Assembly: GCA_001563335.1 (NCBI GenBank)
Contig: LRSL01000077.1
Location: 1-41,462, forward strand
Direction of reading: 5' to 3'
DNA length: 41,462 bases
Source of the DNA: Candidatus Thorarchaeota archaeon SMTZ1-45
GTDB taxonomy: Archaea > Asgardarchaeota > Thorarchaeia > Thorarchaeales > Thorarchaeaceae
Part shown: one piece after another, positions 18,887 through 27,678 of the stretch
Position numbering within the stretch: position 1 is the first letter of the stretch
Layout of the letters: the number at the start of each line of letters is the position of its first letter
Position numbers and translations under genes: made by a program
The notes under the pieces: model-generated
Database searches by the model: none
Seen by the model: the letters and a program-made list of their open reading frames with translations, nothing else
What the model was told of the DNA's origin: nothing

Positions 18887-20155
18887 CTAAGCACCTCCCT
18901 CTAAGTCTAGGTATACCTGTAATGCCACAGAGTTTGCCTCAGCTACACTGGTAGGAATGTCAGTGGGTCCAGTGGATGTACCGCAGGCATAGATTCTTTC
19001 TCTAGGGTCTTGATGGGAAATGAATCCATGCTTATCGAGAATAGAGGTGAACTCTTCTCTTTCAGATGCAAGAGGTATAAGTGATGAGGCTAAAACAACA
19101 AGGTCAGACTCAATCTCTAATCGTTTCTTTGACTCTGTGTCCTCTACAATGGTTAGTAGTGAATCACCTCGAATTGTCACTTGGTCGGGCTTTCCGCGAA
19201 TAAACTTAACACCGAGCTCTCTCGCAAGAGTGAGATAGTGTTGACTGTGCAAAGGAACTCGCAGATCCATGTAACAAAGTGTAACGTTAACTCCAGAGTT
19301 TTTCAACATAACTGCATGTTTGAGGCTATATGTACAGCAGGCCTGGGAGCAGTATTCGGCAGCATTCAAATCCCTGCTCCCAGCACAGAGTATCATTGTA
19401 ACGGAGTTCACAGATTTCCCTGATGCTGTGAGAACTGCGCCATTGGTAGGACCGGTGGAGTCTAGAAGACGTGCAAGCTCCCGTTGAGTCAGCACATCTT
19501 GATACTCACCATACTCATACCCTGACAAATTACTTGGGTTTCGTTCTTCAACGCCAGTCGCAATAACTACAGCGTCAGCAGTTATAGAGCGGCTTGTTCG
19601 TTTCTGCTCGAGATTGATGGCGCCCACTCCACAGACATCTACGCATTTCCCGCATTTCGTACAAGACTCGATATCAATCACAGGAATGAGAGGAATAGCC
19701 TGTGGAACAGGTCTGTAGATTGCTTTCCGATTACGCCTTCCAAGATTCATCTCATCAAGGACTTCAACATCGCATACATTGATGCATTCTAGACACACAA
19801 CACAGCGGTCAGGTGAAACTAGTCTTGGTTGAGACCGCAACGACAGAGAGAACTTCTTTCCATTCTTCTTGATGGATTTTATATCTGTCAAAGTATGAAG
19901 GGTCAATCCCTTCTGTGTTCCGAGCAGCGTTCTATATTGGCAGCGGCGATGTTTGCCATCGTATAACTCCTCGCAGACATCAAGGCAGAGCGCGCAGTCA
20001 TCAGTAGGGAATACTTTACCAAGGTGAGCTGAAAGACCTCCAACGGTCGCTTCCTTTTCAACAAGATGTACTCTCATCCCAAGATCAGATAGCTGTTGAG
20101 CAACTTGAACACCAGCAATTCCAGCACCAACCACAACAACGGTCTTGACCATCAC
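18887..20155 (-). CDS. Truncated HdrA-like flavoprotein (QmoA-like length, retains inserted ferredoxin)
   Basis: Begins directly at VVVGAGIAG; KVFPTDDCALC, CVVCLECINVC, CTKCGKCVDVC, CAGSRD...CSQACC; lacks the N-terminal domain and C-terminal ferredoxin. Confidence 0.88.
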   Translation of the reverse strand: MMVKTVVVVGAGIAGVQVAQQLSDLGMRVHLVEKEATVGGLSAHLGKVFPTDDCALCLDVCEELYDGKHRRCQYRTLLGTQKGLTLHTLTDIKSIKKNGKKFSLSLRSQPRLVSPDRCVVCLECINVCDVEVLDEMNLGRRNRKAIYRPVPQAIPLIPVIDIESCTKCGKCVDVCGVGAINLEQKRTSRSITADAVVIATGVEERNPSNLSGYEYGEYQDVLTQRELARLLDSTGPTNGAVLTASGKSVNSVTMILCAGSRDLNAAEYCSQACCTYSLKHAVMLKNSGVNVTLCYMDLRVPLHSQHYLTLARELGVKFIRGKPDQVTIRGDSLLTIVEDTESKKRLEIESDLVVLASSLIPLASEREEFTSILDKHGFISHQDPRERIYACGTSTGPTDIPTSVAEANSVALQVYLDLEGGA

Positions 20156-21054
20156 TCACCAACTCCTATTTTTTCAAGTAAGGGTTCTATTTTCACTCGA
20201 TGATACCTTCTTGAATTGCTGACCACAAGGTCTGTCAGACCCATAGCAAGAGCTAACATCTCTCCCAAGTATAAGACGGGCATATTGAGTTCTGTATCTA
20301 GATACTCGATGGCTTTCCTCTGCTGCATCTCGAGTTGTGTGTAGCAAGTGGGACAGATTAGAACAATCGCATCTGCACCTGCATCACTTATTTTCTGAAG
20401 CTTCTGGGCAGTGAGCTTGAACGACTTTGACTCATCGGAAGGTCCTATAGGAGCACCACAACAAGCCATCTTATCCTTGTATTCCACTGGCTCTGCGCCA
20501 ACAACTCTGATTAAATCCTCCATCCATTGTGGATTCTCTGCATCATCCATGTATGTTGCTTCAATTGGTCTGACAAGGTGACACCCATAATGAGAGGCTA
20601 TGGAGAGACCCTTGAGAGGATGAGTTATTTTTTTCGCGATTTGATCCAAGCCAACATCCTCATGTAGTACATGAAGTATGTTCTTCACAGTGACTTCCCC
20701 AGTTGCCTGCATTCCAGCATTCTTCAGTCTCTTGTTGACCCTTTCTCGTATATCTGAATCTGTTTTGAGCGTGTGTTTCACAACAGACAATGTGTGAAAA
20801 CAACCACTACATAGAGCAACCGTGTCACGAGAACTTGCCTCGCTCACAGCAATATTTCTAGCGCCTATTGTGAACCAAGCTTCAATGTCCACACCAGGGA
20901 ATGTGGTTGGTTCAGGACAGCATGTGTGCCCCTCGTCTGTTACTAGCTCCACATTCAGACGGTTCAGAACCTCTCTCATCGTGAGTTCAAAGTGTGGAAG
21001 TCTGAAGGGGATAGTACAGCCAGGGAAATAGGTGTACTCAATTGACTTACTCAC
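20152..21054 (-). CDS. hdrB: Heterodisulfide reductase subunit B (copy 1)
   Basis: YFPGC...CCP...CSGC and HYGCH...CCGA...CPTC. Start set to GTG 21054, 6 nt after GGAGGTG. Confidence 0.93.
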   Translation of the reverse strand: MSKSIEYTYFPGCTIPFRLPHFELTMREVLNRLNVELVTDEGHTCCPEPTTFPGVDIEAWFTIGARNIAVSEASSRDTVALCSGCFHTLSVVKHTLKTDSDIRERVNKRLKNAGMQATGEVTVKNILHVLHEDVGLDQIAKKITHPLKGLSIASHYGCHLVRPIEATYMDDAENPQWMEDLIRVVGAEPVEYKDKMACCGAPIGPSDESKSFKLTAQKLQKISDAGADAIVLICPTCYTQLEMQQRKAIEYLDTELNMPVLYLGEMLALAMGLTDLVVSNSRRYHRVKIEPLLEKIGVGE

Positions 21055-21574
21055 CCTCAGCACCTCCATATCTAGATTCAACAGATTCAACCCGTTCAAC
21101 AGTGCCTAGTTCCTTGAGGATTTTACCAAGCTGTGCAACTGGAGGGGGTCCCAAACTCGGTAGCCCCATCTTTTCACGAGTCTTATGCATTGGTTCGCTA
21201 ACTAAGATTGTGCGTCCCTCTGACAGAATGGCTCGTGCTCTATCCAGAGCTGTCTGAGGTGTATTTCCAGAAAGAAGACCCCTTACTTTGGCGAGTACTA
21301 GGATCTCTGGTATCTTCACATGCTCAGGGCATCTGACTTCACACTGTTCACAGGTAAGGCAAGTCCAGATCAGCCGCTCCTGCGCTAACGATTCATCTGC
21401 TAGAATAAGCTTCTCTAGAAAGAGTCGAGGGTTGAAAGACTCATCTATCATTGCGATTGGACAGGCAGCAGTGCACCTTCCACATTGGTAGCATCTCAAT
21501 AGCGTCTTACCCTCTGGTTGCAGAAGAATCCACTTACGAAATTCAAGGTCAGAGGATATACCATGATCCGTCAT
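21047..21574 (-). CDS. hdrC: Heterodisulfide reductase subunit C (copy 1)
   Basis: CYQCGRCTAACP, FNPR, IWTCLTCEQCEVRCPE. Start set to ATG 21574 (track uses TTG 21625). Confidence 0.93.
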   Translation of the reverse strand: MTDHGISSDLEFRKWILLQPEGKTLLRCYQCGRCTAACPIAMIDESFNPRLFLEKLILADESLAQERLIWTCLTCEQCEVRCPEHVKIPEILVLAKVRGLLSGNTPQTALDRARAILSEGRTILVSEPMHKTREKMGLPSLGPPPVAQLGKILKELGTVERVESVESRYGGAEGE

Positions 21575-21824
21575 AATATTCAAACCTTGTAAACTGGATG
21601 TGAATTCTCGAGTTAAGCGTCCCAAAAAGAATGTCGATTTGTTTAGGGATTATGTAACAACTGAATTTGCGCTTCATAGGAAAGAGCATCATGGATAGTG
21701 TTTGTATTTGAGAAGACCCATTTCATCACTAGATGATGCAATATCTTTCCGTACATAATCCTTTTATTAGTGTACTAGCGCTAACCGAAATAGTTCCTTT
21801 AACAAATAGAGGAGAGTAATCACA

Positions 21825-22142
21825 ATCGGAAAAGAAAAGGCAATTGGTGCCCTTATCTTCATCTTCGCCCTGCTGGTGCTAATCTACTACACGTGGGGGC
21901 TAGTTATACTTCAGCTGGTTCCAGACCTATCAACCTGGGTTATAGATAACTTTGGTGCTTTTGCACCTCTATTCAATCCAAGTCCAGATTTCCTAGTTCA
22001 ACTACCGATATACCTGGGCGTGGTTCTGATTATGGTCATTGCTATGTGGATTGGTTGGACAATGCTAACCACTCCAGCTCCTGAGCCACTTGAGGACTTC
22101 GACTTCGATGAAGAAGAAGTTGCAGAGAAGGCTGAAGAGTAA
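21825..22142 (+). CDS. Small two-TM archaeal membrane protein with acidic tail
   Basis: WIGWTMLTTPAPEPLE resembles a family I recall from TACK/Asgard archaea. The frame extends upstream of track start 21876 as (ATC)GKEKAIGALIFIFALL, bounded by TAG 21807-21809; GAGGAG at 21809-21814. Confidence 0.8.
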   Translation: MGKEKAIGALIFIFALLVLIYYTWGLVILQLVPDLSTWVIDNFGAFAPLFNPSPDFLVQLPIYLGVVLIMVIAMWIGWTMLTTPAPEPLEDFDFDEEEVAEKAEE

Positions 22143-22166
22143 TCGTTTCGATAACAGCTAGTAGAC

Positions 22167-22182
22167 AGGGCCGAAAGGCCCT
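22167..22182 (+). terminator. GC-rich hairpin with GAAA tetraloop
   Basis: AGGGCC-GAAA-GGCCCT followed by TTCATTCCGTTTT, 24 nt after the stop at 22142. Confidence 0.65.
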
Positions 22183-22284
22183 TTCATTCCGTTTTCCCTA
22201 TAGTTGACATGCTACTCGTTTGTATAAGTGCAAGTAGGTCATGACTTAAGAAGCAATACCACATCTTCGATGTAGTGTTATTAG

Positions 22285-22824
22285 ATGCCTTTCTTTGGAC
22301 GTCCAAGAGACCCTGAATATAGAGAAGCTGCAAGATTGTTGAATGAGGGGAGAGCAGAAGAGGCTATCACAAAACTGAGATTGATTATTGAAAAGACACC
22401 TGAGCATATAAACGCCTACATAACACTAGCTGTTGCCCTCATGGAGGTTCAAGAAAAACCCATGAAGGATACTCCTCAGACAGTTGAGGCATTAGCGCTC
22501 CTTGACACTGCAGCAAACTTGGATCCAAAGAGTCCAATTCCATACTTCAACATGGGTGTAATGCTCAGGACCATTGGACTTCTTGAGGAGGCGCTAGTGA
22601 GCTTTGAGAAAGCCCTAGAGAGAGAGAAACGCCAACCACTTGCGATAGCCAATATGGCTGAAATCAACTATGAGTTAGAACGATGGGAGGAGGCAATTCG
22701 TCTTGCCAAACTTGCTCTGATAAGAGACCCTGGACTTGAGTCAGCGATGGGCTGGGTCAGGGTGGCCATGCGAAAAGCAGGCATGCTAGACCATGATGGT
22801 AATGTGATTGAACGACCCGATTGA
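22285..22824 (+). CDS. Tetratricopeptide repeat protein
   Basis: TPR-like helices: AYITLAVAL, PYFNMGVMLRTIGLLEEALVSFEKALE, AIANMAEINYELERWEEAI. Confidence 0.85.
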   Translation: MPFFGRPRDPEYREAARLLNEGRAEEAITKLRLIIEKTPEHINAYITLAVALMEVQEKPMKDTPQTVEALALLDTAANLDPKSPIPYFNMGVMLRTIGLLEEALVSFEKALEREKRQPLAIANMAEINYELERWEEAIRLAKLALIRDPGLESAMGWVRVAMRKAGMLDHDGNVIERPD

Positions 22825-22917
22825 TGGCCAGTACGCAATCCTTAAATTGACTCCCCTTGGCTTCTGCACAGCTGTGAGTTGTAACAATCGACTCCGAATA
22901 TCACAATGGGTGATAAC

Positions 22918-23328
22918 ATGTCACAGAAAGGCGAACCAATGTATCGTGGGTACCCCCTGTCAGAGCTGGCAAAGATGAATATGGACTCACTCATCGAGCT
23001 GCTCCCATCACGCAGGAGAAGGACCCTGAAACGCGGCTTACCCCCACGTCAGAAGAAACTGCTTATGAAGCTCAGGGCAGCAAGAAAACAACAGAGGAAG
23101 GGGAAGGAGGTTGTTGTTCGCACTCATTGCCGTGACATGGTCATTCTTCCTGAGATGGTTGATCTCACCATCGGCATTCACAACGGTAAGGACTTCGTTC
23201 GTGTCAAGATCATCCCGCAGATGATTGGGCACTTGACTGGGGAATTTTCAAATCCGATGAAAGTTGTCAAGCATGGTAACCCGGGGATAGGTGCAACAAA
23301 AAGCAGCGCATATGTGCCCCTCAAGTAA
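22918..23328 (+). CDS. rps19p: 30S ribosomal protein uS19 (archaeal S19P, eukaryotic S15 homologue)
   Basis: YRGY, RRRRTLKRG, VRTHCRDMVILPEMV, HNGK, MIGH..GEFS, HGNPGIGATKSSAYVPLK. ATG 22918 follows GGTGA. Confidence 0.97.
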   Translation: MSQKGEPMYRGYPLSELAKMNMDSLIELLPSRRRRTLKRGLPPRQKKLLMKLRAARKQQRKGKEVVVRTHCRDMVILPEMVDLTIGIHNGKDFVRVKIIPQMIGHLTGEFSNPMKVVKHGNPGIGATKSSAYVPLK

Positions 23329-23471
23329 AATTCATTCTCTTATTCTTTTTTATGGAAAAAAGGGCTTTATGAGTCCTTTTTCGTACTATCAAGAAATCAA
23401 AGTGAGTTCTCAACCCCTATCAACAGGAAAACAAAAATTGATTAATTGGAGAGAAGACTTTCCATCCGTAG

Positions 23472-25400
23472 GTGGATAGAGTGGAGATTCTAAAAAGACA
23501 TGGTGTCCAAATCAAGAAGTTGATTGTGGTCATATCTATTGTCTTGTTTATAGCTGCACCATTCGTTTCATACGCTCATAGAAATACTGACCCAACTTTC
23601 ATAACCAGAGACGAGAGTCCGATGGAAGGATCCATAGGATATACAATTCATAGGACACCACATTCACCTCAAACTAGTGTTGTTGTTTACAATGGTAGTG
23701 TCAATGACCAAAGTGCTGACTGGTATCCTAGGTGGAGCATCTTTTGTGAAATTCACAATGAATCACAAGGAGTATTAATTGACCTCGCAGGTACTGGAAC
23801 TACAACTTGGGGAGCTACTCTTGATTCATCTGTGGAGTTCATTGGTAGTCCTACTCTTCCTTTGATGAATTACTCAGAAGTCTGTTTCATGATCGAAATC
23901 AAAGCCATTCATGGATCAGCAAATGTGAGTCTAAAAATGAACTATGATTTATGGCCAGATTCCGATTGGGCAGAAGGTGGAGAAAATAGTACTTTTTTCA
24001 CCGAAGGCCAGTCTGGAGTGGTTATCTTGAAACCATCTCTTAGTGGCGCTTATGACCTTTGTTCGGGATGGGTTATTCGCACTATAATGATGTTGGAGAT
24101 CACTTCTTCGGAAGAGTCACTAGTAAGGGTTGGTGATGTTAGCATTTCAGTTGTTTCGAATGAAAACCTATACCCTGTTACATTTGATTTGCAAGCCCCA
24201 GATGGAGAGAGCCTATTTCTTAATCCCTACATGCAGGCACTCAGATTTGAGGATTATCTCTACTATGATAATGATTATCCAAGGTATCCTGCAGTAGAAT
24301 TAAAGCGAACAGGGAATATCACGGATTCTTCCGTATTTTCTCCACGCATCACCAATGAAACTCTCTATCTTGCAGAGGGAAGTTATGAGGGAGTAGCAGG
24401 ATGGTTCTATGGCGAGTACCAAATGCAGGATTCTATACTTAACACCAGTTTTACAATTGGACCTGATGAATCTGTTCATATTGGAATTAGAATCCCTACT
24501 TTCCGTTTGTATATCGAGATTGCCCCATCCTTTGCGTATAGCAAAGTTACTGTTCGAGATTTTGGTTATATCTACAGAATTGAATATCCGATACAAGGCG
24601 CAGAGTACCTATACATGCCCAATCGTACAAGTATCTCCATTACTGTAAGTCCTATTGCATATTTGTACAATCGAGATGTTGACTATGCACACTTCAATTA
24701 CAGACAAGCGACTGCAAGAATATCTGTTTTGACTGATGGAGCTTCATGTGTCCGAGTGAGTGTCGTTTTCTCACAATTCTCTCTATTCGGAATCATATTT
24801 GATTGGGGGCAGATTCTTGGAATATTGGGAACAACATTGCTACTACTATTGTTGATTCATGGAGGAATAAAGAAGAGTTTTGCAGGGGCTAGAAAGGACT
24901 TTAATCTTAGAACAAACATCCTTCCGGTTTCATTGTACTATATTACCATGTTTTTCCCTTGGGTCACCTACAGTTTTAATACGGATGGAAATCCATTCAC
25001 TATCGTATCTGGAGTAGTTATGATTCCGCTATGTACAACACTCTGGTGGAGCTCACAAAGCCAGCTAACTCCGGCACCAAGTAGCTACTTACTTCCGAAT
25101 ATCATTGTGATTCTGATTTTTTATTGGATACCAATGATCTATCTTAGCTATTTGATTGCAACACGTACAAATTCTATCAGCGACGAGTTGTTTCATAACG
25201 AAGAAGGTTCATTTCTAAGTCTAGGTATTTTAGGAAGCCCATTCATAATCGGTTGCTATTATGCTTGGCTCTGTATAATTGGCCTTTGTTATCTCAATAT
25301 TGGACTTATAGCAGCAGTTTTAACACTGCCTTCTTGGGGTGTGGTTTCTTGGTTAAAAAAGCGCAACAATCGAGCTCATGCCAATCATGTCAACTCTTAG
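23472..25400 (+). CDS. Hypothetical membrane protein: N-terminal TM, large extracellular beta-rich region, about 5 C-terminal TM helices
   Basis: 642-aa ORF; hydrophobicity pattern and many N-x-S/T sequons; no recognised family. Confidence 0.75.
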   Translation: MDRVEILKRHGVQIKKLIVVISIVLFIAAPFVSYAHRNTDPTFITRDESPMEGSIGYTIHRTPHSPQTSVVVYNGSVNDQSADWYPRWSIFCEIHNESQGVLIDLAGTGTTTWGATLDSSVEFIGSPTLPLMNYSEVCFMIEIKAIHGSANVSLKMNYDLWPDSDWAEGGENSTFFTEGQSGVVILKPSLSGAYDLCSGWVIRTIMMLEITSSEESLVRVGDVSISVVSNENLYPVTFDLQAPDGESLFLNPYMQALRFEDYLYYDNDYPRYPAVELKRTGNITDSSVFSPRITNETLYLAEGSYEGVAGWFYGEYQMQDSILNTSFTIGPDESVHIGIRIPTFRLYIEIAPSFAYSKVTVRDFGYIYRIEYPIQGAEYLYMPNRTSISITVSPIAYLYNRDVDYAHFNYRQATARISVLTDGASCVRVSVVFSQFSLFGIIFDWGQILGILGTTLLLLLLIHGGIKKSFAGARKDFNLRTNILPVSLYYITMFFPWVTYSFNTDGNPFTIVSGVVMIPLCTTLWWSSQSQLTPAPSSYLLPNIIVILIFYWIPMIYLSYLIATRTNSISDELFHNEEGSFLSLGILGSPFIIGCYYAWLCIIGLCYLNIGLIAAVLTLPSWGVVSWLKKRNNRAHANHVNS

Positions 25401-25539
25401 TAGTTTAGCATATCTCACTCATTAAACAGGTTAAGCATGGAAACCCAGAAATCGGTGCTACCAAGTCTTCTGCCTACGTACCACTGAAATAAGCAGATAA
25501 TCTAAGGATTTAGTTCTTCCAATCTCTAGATTGTAACTG

Positions 25540-27678
25540 TTAACCCAGTTGTAATATTGCAATTAGTGGTAGAAAGAGTGTTGCAGTCAAAGAGATTACA
25601 ACCAATAATGTGTTGATTGAGGGGCCTGCAGTGTCCTTAAATGGGTCACCAACCATATCACCGCGAACTGCGTTGCGGTGTATTTGCTCATATCGCGGGT
25701 GGTTGTGATCATACTCAGGAGACTCAATCAACTTCTTTGTGTTGTCCCATGCGCCACCAGAGTTGCTCATGAGAAGCGCCATGATAAAACCAACCATCAC
25801 TGCACCACCAAGATAACCACCGAGAGCCTCAAGTCCAAGAAGAACCCCAGTCAATATTGTAACTCCTATCGCTAGTAGGGTAGATGGCATTAGTTCACGA
25901 ATGGCACCAGAAGTGGCAATTGCAATGCATTTGTCATAGTCAGGTTTTGAGGTCCCTTCCAAGATACCTGGATCTGCTTCGAATTGTCTACGAATCTCTT
26001 TGATCATTCGTCCTGCATTACGGTCCACTCCGAGAATCAACATGGCTGTGAATGTCACTGGTACCAGAGCTCCGATGAAGACACCTGCAAGTATGAAGGG
26101 ATTCGATATATTCACAACAACTGGTCTTTCAAGAAGTACAGTTGCTGATTCTATAAATGCCGCAAAGAGTGCCAAGACGGATATTGCCGCTGAGCCGATC
26201 GCGAATCCTTTCGTTATCGCCTTGGCAGTATTGCCTGCAGCATCGAGTTTGTCACAAGCCACTGTTGCCTCATGTGGAGCTTCGGCTTGTTCTATCACAC
26301 CTCTAGCATTATCAACGATGGGGCCATAGCTGTCAGAACTCATGGTAAGTCCATTTGTGGCAAGAAGACCAACTGCAGCTATTGCAACCGTATAGATTCC
26401 TCCTTCCCAACCACCAAGTCCGATGGTTGTTGCAGTTTCCCCAAGTACATATGAGGCTACGAGTGCTGCAACCACTCCGAGAACAGATGGAACAGCACTA
26501 AGCAAACCATAGGAATAGCCTGAAAGAATGAGATTGGCAGTACTCTTCTCGGCATTCTCAACCATATTCTGAACTGGTTTAAAGCCAAAAAGCCCCTTAT
26601 CATTAGTAAAGACATCTGATGTGAATCCGATGAAAACACCAGCAAGCAGTCCAAAAATCGCTGATAAGGCAATAACAAGGTCAATTTCAAGTATAAAGAG
26701 GACAACAAGGACTAATGATGCAAACAATATAGTCGTGATATATGTACCTCGATTAAGTGCAGGTCCGGGATCATCTTGAGCATTTGGTCGAACTAAAAAC
26801 ACACCGAGGACTGATGCAAGTGTACCCAAACCAGCTATTAACAGGGGTAAAAGACCAAACACAATTGGTGGGGAAGGAGGAGTGACATCGATAGCAGCTC
26901 CAAGTAATGCAGCTGCAAGGATTGCAGCGACGTTACTATCAAAGATATCTGCACCAGTACCAGCAACATCACCTACATTGTCTCCAACTGCATCTGCGAC
27001 TGCTGCTGGGTTTCGAGGATCATCTTCTGGAATGTGGAGTTCTATTTTTCCTACAATATCTGCGGCCATGTCAGCAGTCTTTGTGAAGATTCCACCACCA
27101 GCCTTTGCGAATAGAGCTACAGTGCTTGCACCAAATGAGAATCCAGTTAGGATTTCCCAGAGAGCTGTTTCTCTGTACATCTCAATATGGTCAAAGAATG
27201 TATCAGGAAGGACAATGTTCCATAACCAGTATAGTGCTGAAAGGCCCACAAGTGCGATTCCTGCAATCATAAGCCCCATGACAGAACCAGCCCGAAATGC
27301 AACCATAAAAGCTGGGTTGAGACCACCTTTTGCTGCTGCTGCTGCAGTTCGACGATTCGCCCTTGTTGCAACTGCGAGACCAATGTATCCAGCACTCATA
27401 CTAGCAAAAGAACCTAGGATGTAGGAAACGGCAATAGGAATTCCAAGTAAACCAAATGCTATCGCAATGACAATGGCCAGAAGAAGTGTAAAGATTGTCA
27501 ATATTTTATATTGTATCTGAATGAATGAATTTGCACCTTCTTGAATAAGATGACTGACCTCTCGCATTCGATCATCGCCCTCATCTGCCTGCATCACCTT
27601 TCGGTATGTGAGTAAAGCAACAAAGACAGCAAGAAGGCCGGAAAGGAGTCCAGTTGATAGAAATAGAACTTCCGACAT
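25540..27678 (-). CDS. hppA: Membrane-bound H+-translocating pyrophosphatase, K+-independent type
   Basis: GGGIFTKTAD, EDDPRN, DNVGD, GGAWDN, GDPFKDTAGP; GNTAKA has Lys at the Ala/Lys K+-dependence site. Start ATG 27678 or 27708. Confidence 0.95.
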   Translation of the reverse strand: MSEVLFLSTGLLSGLLAVFVALLTYRKVMQADEGDDRMREVSHLIQEGANSFIQIQYKILTIFTLLLAIVIAIAFGLLGIPIAVSYILGSFASMSAGYIGLAVATRANRRTAAAAAKGGLNPAFMVAFRAGSVMGLMIAGIALVGLSALYWLWNIVLPDTFFDHIEMYRETALWEILTGFSFGASTVALFAKAGGGIFTKTADMAADIVGKIELHIPEDDPRNPAAVADAVGDNVGDVAGTGADIFDSNVAAILAAALLGAAIDVTPPSPPIVFGLLPLLIAGLGTLASVLGVFLVRPNAQDDPGPALNRGTYITTILFASLVLVVLFILEIDLVIALSAIFGLLAGVFIGFTSDVFTNDKGLFGFKPVQNMVENAEKSTANLILSGYSYGLLSAVPSVLGVVAALVASYVLGETATTIGLGGWEGGIYTVAIAAVGLLATNGLTMSSDSYGPIVDNARGVIEQAEAPHEATVACDKLDAAGNTAKAITKGFAIGSAAISVLALFAAFIESATVLLERPVVVNISNPFILAGVFIGALVPVTFTAMLILGVDRNAGRMIKEIRRQFEADPGILEGTSKPDYDKCIAIATSGAIRELMPSTLLAIGVTILTGVLLGLEALGGYLGGAVMVGFIMALLMSNSGGAWDNTKKLIESPEYDHNHPRYEQIHRNAVRGDMVGDPFKDTAGPSINTLLVVISLTATLFLPLIAILQLG

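Noticed and set aside
16922-20155. One frameshifted large hdrA pseudogene
   Set aside because: Each part has its own FAD motif, SD and start, and the domain order does not reconstruct a single HdrA.
12571-21574. Selenocysteine (UGA) recoding in HdrA/MvhD, as in some archaea
   Set aside because: All expected Cys positions are ordinary Cys codons in uninterrupted ORFs; TGA codons occur only at gene ends next to the following start; no convincing SECIS seen.
12571-21574. Evidence for methanogenesis or sulfate reduction
   Set aside because: Hdr- and Qmo-like modules are widespread; no mcr, mtr, apr, sat or dsr genes in the window.
26000-27424. Long plus-strand ORFs (109 and 180 aa) and many similar short ORFs elsewhere
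   Set aside because: They lie antisense to well-supported genes (hppA, etf, hdr, ABC) and carry no recognisable motifs.
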